From Fimbriosthenelais zetlandica (taxonomy: Eukaryota): 64,000 nt of DNA. The position numbers and the translations under genes were made by a program. The DNA lies in NCBI GenBank assembly GCA_977030845.1, contig OZ365110.1:52266001-52330000 (forward strand), read 5' to 3'. This document shows positions 27,046-38,900 of the stretch, piece after piece. A model generated the notes under the pieces. That model saw only the letters and a list, made by a program, of their open reading frames with translations. It did no database searches and was not told where the DNA came from. Every line of letters begins with the position of its first letter. Position 1 is the stretch's first letter.

Positions 27046-29443
27046 GTCAGCTGGGCTTACACAAGGTTCTGTTGCAGTAAGCATCCATTTACATGACATG
27101 TGACTGTCATTCATGGGGGTTCAATTTTGAACCCCTTTTTAATTTAGACCGCCCATTTCTCTAATTGGTTTGCACTGATCATCGACCCAGACAACCTATA
27201 TCTAGTGGAACCAGTCAGACCAAGCTTCTTGTTGGCCAAGCTTTGTGGGTGGCGATCACAGTGATATGAGTGTCGTGAAAATTACCCGGTTGCATATGGA
27301 GGTTAGAGTGATATATGAGTGGCCTTTGGCAATCATGGGCACACAGCCCTCCACTAACATCTATTATATACAGTGCCGTCCACTGCGAGCCACACAGCCA
27401 ATGCATGGATTGCACACGTAAGCATCACTGCTTGTTGACGATGAAAAATGAGAATATTCAGGCAAGAGACTGGCCCAACGACAGCAAGATGGTGGCAGGA
27501 CAGCTTTGGCTAACAAGCTCTGCTCTGTTGGCTGAGCATTCATCATATGGAAATAAGAGGCAAGGGAGCAGATGTGTGATAGCTAACACTTATGTAACAT
27601 TAACCATAAAAAGCTGACACCGTGTCTGAAATAGTAATCTAGGACACTTCCCCAGGTAGCCAGACCTACTGCTGTATTTTCACCTACATAATGTCACCTG
27701 TGACGAACTTTACTGAACTTAATCTGCTTTTGTTTGATTTCAGATCAGTTTTTATTGTGTTTTTTTCTCAGTTAGTAAATTTTATTTTTAACCAAGGATT
27801 TGCATCTGCAATCTGATTTTAAAAAGGCAGAGACTTACGTATTCAAGGCTGGATTATCTGTCTATCTAAACCAGAGCACCTGGCCCATTAAGGTACTGAA
27901 TTATATTAATCCATTATCATCTGTCCCTCGCAACGCTTTTTCCCTTGGATTTGCATTGTATCCTTATTAATTCTTTATAGAGGGACACCATACTTCAATC
28001 AAGGGTATTTTAGGTGTTGGGTTTTAGCAGAACCTTTGGGAAATGTTGCAAAAACATGTGAAATTCATACAGCACAATAAACCTGTCTGCCCACCATTAT
28101 ATATGCTAGAAAAGGGAAGTCCAAAGTAATTGATCCTATCAAAAGAATTCCAACCCAAGACAGATTAATAATCAAGAATGGTGTTAGTTCTTTTCCTCGG
28201 AGTATTGTTGATTTCCGTTGTCTCCAACAACATTCAGTTTTAAACCAACTGCTCATTAAATTTTAATGAAATCTAACTCATCCGTTGCATATTCCATCCA
28301 CCGTCTTTCATCCACCCATCAACTGTAAATCCGTTCATATTGTATCCATGTAGATTTACTCACCATCACTTCATATTATCGATGAATCATGGGATATTAA
28401 TAGGAACCCAGACACCTCTAATAGTCTATTGCTCATCGTCTGCTCATCTATAGTATAACCAACAACCACCACAGTGACAGAAGCCAGCCATATTTCCCCC
28501 TTGAGGGAGCATAGATTGCCCCCTACCCATATATAAATGGCTCTGTACATGGTAGAGATCGCTTTCACCTTTTCCTTTTAGGTATTTGCCAGAATGTCCC
28601 CTATAGCTGAGACCACATATAAATCTCTGGACATTTTCAGAACAAGTACCCCGAGGCGTGATCTGTTAAGCCTTGTCTGGTGGCTGATCAAACTACAGCC
28701 GTATTTTCTAGTGATAAGGCATGAGGCTGTAGATTTACAACTTACAGACCTGAAGGTTCCTTATAATTAATTGAAATTATGTATCAAGGAGTAATTAGAA
28801 AGAAAGGTATAGTTCAATAAGTAATTGCCAGGCTGAGTCTAGTAGAATAATACATGTACATGTAATAATATTCCGACCCGTGCTATCTTAGTAATATATG
28901 ACCACAGGGTTGGCAATCCATCGCCCCCCCCCCGCTCCAATAAATCTACATAGCTACTATATAAAAAAATATGTCCACATCAATCCATTCCAGTTCTTTG
29001 TCCGTCTCATCTTTTCTCACCTGTTTGATATGACCTATTATATAGATCTATTATATAGACTACTGCTGAATATGGTCAGAGCTCTTCAAATTGATCGTCA
29101 AACACATGTGAATACATGTAATGAATGTAGTTTGGTTCATGTTTTATACCCCCTTAATGGGCCACTGATATAGGCCCCCCTCCAGACTGTACAGATGGAT
29201 GGATATGTATAGCTTGAAGGCATCGCCTGAGATAGACATGCTATTACCTTTAACAGGTCTTGTTGGATGGTCAATAAATAGCATGCCTCCTGATTCGCGA
29301 AATCATTCTGTACTATGGATAAGATAGCAGATCAATATTATATTTATACCTCCCCCCCCAAATCCTACCGAAAGTGCTTTAAACTAAGCTAGTTATAGGC
29401 ATGTTTAGGCAGGATCCAGAGTCAAGGTTTTCCCATTCCTTAC

Positions 29444-29472
29444 CTGACTTCTTTTGTCCTGTTTCTGTTCCA
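29444..29472 (-). CDS. Candidate 29-nt micro-exon (VEQKQDKRSQ) continuing the TP-rich gene
   Basis: ttcttaag| acceptor and |gtaagg donor; phase 1 in and phase 0 out, matching the phase-1 donor at 32218. Supported only by splice signals and phase. Confidence 0.25.
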
Positions 29473-30150
29473 CTTAAGAACGATCGATCGTAATTATAAT
29501 TACTAGCAAAAACTCTCAATATTAATTCAGAAAATAATGCAAGATTAAATCACAGAAATGTTTAGATGAATGTGCTGCAGCAGCTCTTCTGAATTGGCAA
29601 ACCCAGATAGGCCTACATGCAAATCCTTTAAATGATGGTCACTGTCTTAGGGTGACAGTGTAGGCAGGACACTTCCAGACTTCCTGACTCTGTTTTCAAT
29701 TAAGAGTCTGCATGTAAAATGCAAGAAAGGCAATGATTTTAATAAATAATATTAGTAATATCATTATAAGAGAGGAGATACAGGTGGATTTAGAGGAGGT
29801 AAGAGTACATCTGAGTGTGTTTAACAAGTCTGCTGGCACTGTACTGATGTCAGTTCTCCATGGTGGAAGAGACGGAAGAGCCATTGGTAACGAATACTCA
29901 TCAACCGGTTACTGCTGGCAGGGCCATTCAGCCGGCCAGCAGCGGCCTTTTCATTGCCTCTCCTAATGAAGAGGGAGAAGATCAAGTCCATTCGCCAGTA
30001 ATTGATGGGAGGATGTGTGGGCCACTATTTGTAATGGAGCCGGATCACTTGTTTCTCTCTTAGCATGCGAGCAAATACAGGTGAGGGCTCGGACCTGGTT
30101 AGTTTTTGATGTTTTTCGGTTCATCATAGGGTAGGTGCTAAGATCAGTTT

Positions 30151-30190
30151 AGCTATATCCCGCCTTCATGAGCTATATCCCGCCTTCATG
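30151..30190. repeat. Perfect 20-bp tandem duplication
   Basis: AGCTATATCCCGCCTTCATG x2. Confidence 0.9.
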
Positions 30191-32217
30191 TCCCTCATGC
30201 TGTGTGTATGTTCTCATATTTTCTGACTAATTACTATAAAACCTGACCGTCTCATGAAGTGCCATCTACTCACTTCCTCATGGCCATTTAACACTGAACA
30301 AACACATTTCAAAGGCTACTGGTGTCCAGCCATCGTCTGACACTGTTAACATCTAAAGGATATTACGGTTTATCTCTTGTTGTTCTGGTAGGGTCTAATA
30401 GAGAATGAATAAATGGTCATCCATGCTCTCCTTAACATCTAAGGATTGTGCAAATTCCCTCTGGGAATAGCATGTTTGGTCTGGATAGCTTGGAATGCTT
30501 GAAAGGTCCTTGTCCCATGAACTTCATCCAGGAAAACCTCAGCCACGTTATATTACTAAAAAAAATTTAATATGGCTAAATGATCAATATTGATACACTT
30601 CTGTTCTAGCTGGAGATATAATAACCCTATCAGGACAAGTCTGATAGCTACCTATAGGCTACTATAACATATCTGGCAAAGTTTTGGATTTCTATCCCAA
30701 ATTCATTAACAAGATTAACAGTGTACAAAAATGTGCAAACTGGCACATACTAAGTGTACCTTTTAGGCTTGAAAAAGAACTGCATCATTCCAAAGCAGGC
30801 TGCGCCACCAAAGAAGATGTGTATTCTTGGGCAGGCTGACCTTCTCTAAATTTTGCCAGGGCAACCGATCACCGAAATAGTGACGTGCGAGAGGTCGAGA
30901 ACAGTAAATGTCACTAGAAGGTCAAAGGCAATTAAAAATCCAGGGCAATTCTGGCCAGAGATTTCAATCTGGGATTTCTACTTAGTACAAAGTGCTTATA
31001 TTCTGCTGACTGAGCAGGCTCTCTTCCCTTTGGTTTCGTAGTTTGACATTCCAGTGCCTATCCTGCGCAATGTGTGCGACACATTCTGTTGGGAGAATTT
31101 GTGGGTAACATCACATTCCAGTGGGTAAGGATCGAGGGTATCATTGTACCTAGGGAAAGGTCCTAGAAGAAGCACTGTATTGGAAAACCCATACAAATTA
31201 TGATTCTTCAATTGCCCGCCTATCTTTATAAGGTTTTAACTTATAATATATCTGCCAGTAATTTGATTATTATTGTTGACCAAGTCCATTTGCGTTTGGC
31301 AAATTATCGGACAATTCTAGTCACTCAAACCCAGGTAGTTTTGACAGTCTCCATTAAAAGTCCATAATTATGTGAGTTTGACTCCTCGTTGAGTTCAGGG
31401 AAACCACGTGTTGAACACCGACTTGACCGAGCAAGGCCTACTTGTTCCCTTCCCACAGCATTGATAACTCATCCCAGATCTACACTTCTAAACATGGCTG
31501 TATACAAAACAGTCTGCCACCTGCCCCAATTAGCATAATGCTAAAACACCTGCCTGGATTGTGAAACGCCTGAATTACAAATCAATAGTAACTCTCATCA
31601 TTATTGAAAGTCTGTTAATCGGATTCCAGTCTAGTATACCAGAACATGAAGTGCCCTTGTTAGTAACACCCTATGGATTATGAATGGGACATGTTGCTGG
31701 GCAGGAAGAAGAGATAACGGGCCCAGCAATGACAGGCTGTATTTATCAACATTATTTCCTACCGACGTATGCAGAGTATTTATGAGTATTTTGTGTAGGA
31801 AGGCATCAACAAATCTACAAAGTCTATAAAAGTATGATGTAGTGTAGCCCATTGTGATAAGCTAGGTCTCCTTTTGTAAATATGGAACGAATGAGATATT
31901 TGAGCATTGCATTTACATGTATATCAAAGCTCCAATGATGGAAACATAGTGAAATGCGTGTCTTAAAACCTGTAAGAAACTCAGTAGCCTCTGAATGCCC
32001 ACTCCATAAGCTCCACTATTCTGGAAATGGGCAGATTTTGGATGCCCCTCATCCCATAGAATTTCAGTCGGGCATCATGTTGCAATGAACACTACAAAGC
32101 GGAAAGCTTCAATGGTTTGGCTAAGACTGTCAACCCAAACATCCCCTGGTGCAGAATCATCCTGTTGCAATTAATCTGAAATAGAAAATAGAAACCAGGA
32201 TTTCCTCCAGGGCTTAC

Positions 32218-34057
32218 CTTTTCTTGATATGCATCCAAAACATCCCAGTGAGTTATTCTTGGACTTTTTATCTGTCTTCATTTTGTTGAGGGACAGTTTA
32301 GAAGGTGTTTTCTTGGGGGTATGAGGGCCTGTAGTGTCTTGGCCCTTTTTGGGAGTACCAGGTAAAGGGACAATTTCTGGGCTCTTACTCCTATCACCAA
32401 CAGGTACTTTCCTATTAATGGAATCCAAAGAATGATCCAGGGATCCATCGGGCGTCCGGTGTTCCACAGGGGTATCTCCTGGGGTAACATCAGGAGTACC
32501 CCATGCATTGCTGTCAAGCGTTCGTCCTGGGGTAGTCCGGGGACTCACTGTTGGAGTACTTCGTGGGGTAAGGTTATCCGGTGTGATCCGATGGTGATCC
32601 GCTAAGCCCCTCCGGGGTGTAGAATGACTATCCCGGCCCCGGTGACCGCGATGTGGCCCGCGGTGTCCACCCATCATCTCAGCTTTAGCTGTATCTGACA
32701 TTTGGCAGAATCGGCGGAGATTGGGGCTGGGGGCGGGGGTTGGGGTACTGATGGGGCGTGTCACCCCCTTCACACTCCTTGGTGTTCCCCCGTTAGTCGT
32801 AGGAGTACTGGAGCGTGAGCCACCCAATTCAGGCATCACTACACTATAATATGTAAAGTAGCCAACTTATAAACTTTTAGGATCTAACTTCCTATTGTGT
32901 GTAGAAAGTAGCCTAACATTGCCAATAATCCAACGAGGTCCAATTACACTATATTGAGCACAACATTCTCCTCGTGTCATGAGCTCGTCGCTCTCAAATC
33001 ACACGCGTGGCAGTCAGCAATGAGAACACAGTCTGTCAGTGACAACATTCTCCACATGTTACTAAAAACTTTAGCTATTTAATAGTTTTCTTTCCCCAGG
33101 CTTCAAGTTAGGGTAGCGCCCCTACTCCATCTTTGGTGACAGACGTTTGTTTTAAGAACAAAGTAATATGTCTTGAGTAATTTCCATACATTTGTTAGTA
33201 TATTTGTGGTGCTATCACTGGAAAGTTTTTATTATTTTAATCGTAACTTGGAGCCACTTGGAGGTCAGTATAGATCTGTGAGTCTCTGGCCACTAGTTTT
33301 AGAGCCACAGGGCTGACTGGAATGTAGCATCCCCATCACAACCTTCTCCTAAACTATCTGGACCACTGCCAGATATAGGAACCAATCCAGGGTGGCGCCT
33401 AGCCTCAATGTTTCCTAATTTCTTGCTGAGTAGCGGGCCTATGACAAGCTCAAATTACGCTTATCTAGTCATTGCCATTGATTGAGTCTCCAGTCTACCC
33501 TTCCTCGGACACTGATACACTTCCTATTTCCATCTGGATTGGTCAGAACTTTAACCTGATGCTAGAGTTTTACCAAGGAATCTTTTTGGGGAAATTGTCT
33601 TTAAATCTGTGTCTCCCTCGATACTTACATATTAGATTCGCACAGGCATAGAGTGATGCATTTTAGTGGGTCAATATTAGGTTTTAATGTATCAAAATTG
33701 GACCTTTCAAATGCTTGGTGGAAATATTTACCCTTCACTATGTATTTACTTATCAAGTAGGATTTGCTAACAAATAGCTAAGAGACTGGTAGTGGCATTT
33801 GTACTACTAGGAAAATGCAATTATGAGGCATTATTCCATAGAGATAGGTTCTAATAAAGTACCAGGTGTGTGGGTCCATGCCTCGGAGCATCAGTGATAT
33901 AACTGAATCAGTGGCAAGGTGTTAGGGACAGCGAGCAAAATAAATAATTCCACACCTGCAATCTGCCTCAGGTATCTTACACTTACCATCTCTCCCTCTC
34001 CTTGCCCCTCTTCAAACTCACCCCTCCTCCAGAACCCTCTACCGCCCCACCTGTCAT
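32218..34057 (-). CDS. 5' coding exons of an unidentified gene with a Thr-Pro-rich disordered N-terminus; downstream exons not found
   Basis: A long open exon at 32843-32218 (acceptor ttatag|, donor AAAG|gtaagc) encodes MPELGGSRSSTP...KKSKNNSLGCFGCISRK. A phase-compatible upstream exon at 34057-33987 (ATG...MTGGAVEGSGGGVSLKRGKERER, donor |gtaagt) joins in frame; the alternative start is the ATG at 32836. No domain recognised. Confidence 0.55.
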
Positions 34058-35911
34058 ATCAATATAAGATTATCGCCCACTACCTTCTGCCTTGAGCACA
34101 ATTATTCCCAGTGTTGATCTTAATCAACCAGCACACCAATCACAATTCACACATGATGTACAATCGACTGTATAATCCTCTTCTTTCTACTGCATCTACA
34201 CATACAAAAAGGTAAGCAGCTCCCAGAGTAGAAGTAGTAGTACATGTTCCCAGCTGCTCACGGCCACTCCAAGTCAACCACTTTCCCTTTGATGTCTTTC
34301 ACAGTCGGAAATGGACAAACAAACGTTCATAAATCCATCACCAAACAATCCGATCACCTCCCAAGGCTTCATAAATGGTGTAGATTGAAGTTGTGTATTC
34401 CTTTTACTTTAGGATGCGGTGGGTTGTTTTCCAGCCAGTGATTGTTCTGTGTTTTTACAATCTTTGGTTTAGTATTCGGACGACCGGTGTAAAAGTGAGA
34501 GGGAAGGTGGCTTTACCTGAGCTAGTGGCTTCACCAATGGCTTCAGCTGGCCAGTGGCGGGCCCTGGGCTGGAGTTGTAGTAACAGGAGCAGGGCCTAGC
34601 ATCGATGGCTCTCTCTCTCTCCGTCCTCCTCCTCTCCACTCCCCACTCGTCTCTCCACGTGCTCTCGCCTCCTGTGGCTCGATGGCTAAAGCCATGGACG
34701 AAATGGTGGAAGCCATGCCATAATAAATGACGAGAGCAACAGTCTCCAAGAGCCACCTAGTGTCAAAGATATGTAGTACTCAAGTATGGAACGCCGAATA
34801 CGTATGTTTATTCAAAAATTGGATCCAGCATTTTTCTGTTCACTAAATAGTGGAGATTTTTCTGTTCCCTAAATAGTGGAGAATTTGTCATGTTATATAA
34901 TTTCCGAATGGCCCCTATAAACGTGATGCTAAGATTAATTTTAATTTCACTCATTTTGAGTGGAAAATACAGCAAAAACAGCAAAATCTGCGGCCACAAA
35001 TGGGGTCTGAGGTTTTAGGGTTTGCTACAAAATGTATTCACATGATCTCTATCGATAAAATCATAAATTGTTTGCGCATGTACAGTGCCACAAATTAGCT
35101 GAGGACTTCCCATCCATATCAGCCTTTGGTTAATATCTTAATACGCGTATGACAGGGAATGCTGCAAGCAGGTACACCTTCCTTCGTTAAGTCTTCGTTA
35201 AGTTATTAGATGTACTAATTGTGCGATAAGTGCCTAATTACAAACTTTGCCTTGGGTTTCTATTCCTTATCGGAAACGTATTATAAACATGAAAAGGTTA
35301 AGATTACCAATTCGGCCTCCAGCGTCCAATTTTATTTTCATATTGAGTTATTGAGATGCTTTAACGATTTTTTTTGTAGTCCAATTTATTGACCAATTGC
35401 CATAAAAATGTGTTCAGATGTGATTAAAGGTGTACATACATGTAGAGAACAGAGACTAATCGAAATTTATTTTAACATCCATACGGAGCCCCCAAGAGAT
35501 GGCGGATTAAATTCTCATTATATATAGACTTTATCTGAAACAAAGTCTGAGAGATAATTTATGTCTTACATTTATGGCATAAACATGAGATACAGAATTT
35601 ATCCCAGAGAAAAATGATCCAATGTTTCCAATTATCAGATGGATGAGGTAAAATTAGTGGATTGGAACAAGGTAATGATTGTTTTAATATAGGCCTAATT
35701 TAAACTTAAAATTCATCCATTCTTTACGTAGTGTGTGTGACATAGTGTTTGTGAATATCAGATTATGGCTCGTATTCCTGATTTAATGTTCCCTAAAATT
35801 CCATTTTTCCGTTCAAATGTACTAAAATAGGTAAATTCGGATATTAGTGATTGCTTCTGTATCCTTCCATTATCAGTAACTTGTTATACACGAGCGAGGT
35901 AGCCAGGTCCA

Positions 35912-38900
35912 TCAAGGATGTGGATGCCGAGTCCAGACAATATCATTTATCTTACTGAAAAATAAAGAAAATAACAATGGATAAATATAAAATGTAATGG
36001 ATATCTTTATAAAATGTTTAGGAATGCCTTTTTATAGATGTTTCTCTTTATGGATTTCTTTTGAGGCTTACCATTGGCACGGTGGTAATGGCATATTGAG
36101 GGCATGTATTTATCCTTGTGCTGGGGAAATACAACTGGGTGTCACATGACTTTTTGCAGGGAGGCTTTCTGTTTGTATGTTCACGTCTGCCCATGTGACA
36201 GCAAAGACAGCAGACCCAGATGAAGAGAACGATGACAATGATGAAGAGAATGACCACAGCCACGATTAGACCGATTGTAGATGGCGGCTCCTTTGTGTCT
36301 TCCTTCTCACAGAATTCACCATAATAATCTTCCTTACATCTGCCAAGATCAATATAGTTTTTTATTACATGCGTGTGTGATTATCACCGTGCGATTTTGG
36401 GGTGCAATTATGAAACTGTAAACGCACGGGCGTGCGATTATGACGGGACTACTTTCCGGTCATCCGAGCCAAGGATAACCGGAAAGATAGCCACACGTCC
36501 CCCCTGCACCGCTTGGGAAAGAACTCCCGCTAAATCGGAAAAATTTGCACTAAAATAAATCTCATTTATATATAGCGCATTTCCAAAGGAATAAGTGCGC
36601 CGATACTGTAATCAGGAGTCAATGAGACTTATTTTGTTCTAACTCATCTCTGCTCTTATTGTTGAGAGCTCTTTTTACTGGACTAGCCCTGACCTAAGCT
36701 TTATTCTCATATCTTCTCAGCTAATGCCTTAGTCCTCCCCAGATTTCTGGTTTAAGCAGTGTGAATCCAAATGAAACTGGCCACATCAATGGCAAGACAG
36801 GAGGTTTAGTGTTCACTGTCAATTGGTCAAAGTACCGTTTTAAATTCTATATGGAAGCTAAGAATTTTAGCCCAATGCAGATGTCTTTTGCAGATCTTTC
36901 ATTAGGTACTATATAAAAGTAGTAGGTTTTTACTTACTCGCAAAACGGACCATTATTGCCCTCGGATGAACATGATCCATAGCCACACAGCTGGAGTGGA
37001 GTGTAGAGGAAACACAGCGAAGTAATTGCTGGAAATTGCAATGTATTAACTTAGAGTCAGGCAATGTTTAACTTAGAGTCAGACAATGATCGTGAAACTA
37101 TTTTTACATTTTTAATCGGGAGGTAGATTTTCGCACAGTACACGGCCCTATCACGGTGAAGGTATGGCAATTTGATATTTTTATGGAGATTTAAATTTAT
37201 AGAGAAAAAACTGTCATTACAAAGTAGTATGACCCTAGAATGACGGGGTGGTTACATTAAGAAAATTGCAATATGATAGGCCTAGCCATTATATATTGTA
37301 TACGATCCTAATTTTTACTTTGTGTCAATGACATTGGTATTGATTTGAGTTGAGTTAATCAATTGTTATTCACGAAACTAGAAAAAACAATAGTAATACA
37401 ATACCCAGTTATACAATTACGTTATACAAAGGTGAAATGGAACTGCATCTCAGCGGAGCTGGTTTTCGTCTGCAGACCAAAAAAACATTAGCAAATAGAA
37501 CTTACATATCTGGCTCATGATCAGGGAATTCTGGAAATAAATTTCGCCACAAATCTGAACCCGGTCGCTGTCGATGTAGACACCTCCGTTATCAGTGATT
37601 GTCTTGTAGAATTTGTAAGCTAAGACACTCTGTTCCTTCACTGACAGACTGCTTGATGCTCCAAGGACAATGTTAAGTTCCAAGCCCTTGAAGCTTGGCC
37701 TGAACAAAATATGAAACATTTTGATGAGGCTATAATTCATAAAGTTCATGGGAGAAACATGCTATTCGTATATTTCAACGCTTTTCCAAAAAATAATGCA
37801 ATAGCCTATATATTATACGCCATTCTATAGACATTTAACGTTAACAAGCATAATTATAACATTATGGCAAGTTGAAGGACTTTGTACTACGGGATGTACT
37901 ATGGGATGTAGGCTACTATGGGTTTTACAATTATTATATATGTCAAAGTTGACCTACTTTGCCTTAAGTTCTTCAAGTGTTGCCTCGTAACCAAAGCACT
38001 CCAATATAAGCTGATCAAAGAAGGTAAAGTGTTAGATTTAAAATAAAATTTATGATATGTCTTAGTCCATGACAGGATTTAGGATTGGATGGGATTATCG
38101 ACAAATTAAGTAATGCTCATAGAAGTGAATAAGTTATGAGTCATAAATGGATAGATCCTGGATAGATGGCAAGAATGGAAGAAAATCTTATTTATGTACT
38201 TAAACCCCCGGGGTGGGGGGGGGGGGGCTCTCCCTCTATGATGGTCACTAGGGATGTGCCGCCTTTTTCGACCCTCTGATATACCCTTGACCCCTTATAA
38301 AATGCTATCCGGGGTGGAAGAGGTATAGCCATGGGTGGTCAAAAATAGATACCGTCTCTTACACAACAAACACATGTGTTAGTTAACATCATTTTTTGTC
38401 TTTCCATCTTAACCATTAGGTAACAGACGGTTTGAACATGGGTTTGAACATTAAGGAGGTGGGGGTGGGACATTATGTCTAGCCTTGGGTTGGGCTCTTT
38501 AATAGTTTATTCACTAGCTTAATAGGTGTGTGTTCAAGAGGGGTTGGGAACGGAAAAAAATAGGACGGGAAATAACATAGCCTAATCCCCTATACCCACA
38601 CTCCTACACAATCTTGGGTATAGACATGGGAGGGGGGTTTACATTGTACATATTTGGTATACTGTTGGGGTCAAGAGGTCAACATTCGGACACTTTGGCG
38701 GCAAACCCCGTCCACTTTCCGGGGGACAGCCCCCAACGGTATTTAAACATTATGATGAAAGTTTAGCCTACCTCATGTATAGCCTCATATAATTCCTCAT
38801 AATCATCGCTCCCACCTTCGGTGTAATCACCATAGTCAATCTTCAGACATACGCCAAGCGTCAAGGTTTTGGCCGTGAGATCTCCAAGAGCTGTTACATT

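Noticed and set aside
29733-30063. Overlapping 67-77 aa plus-strand ORFs
   Set aside because: All frames close before the nearby donor at ~30083 and nothing is recognisable; more likely non-coding.
34469-34756. 95-aa ORF MALGDCC... as the first coding exon
   Set aside because: It starts at GTG, and its phase-0 donor is incompatible with the acceptors at 32843/32838; treated as a possible UTR exon.
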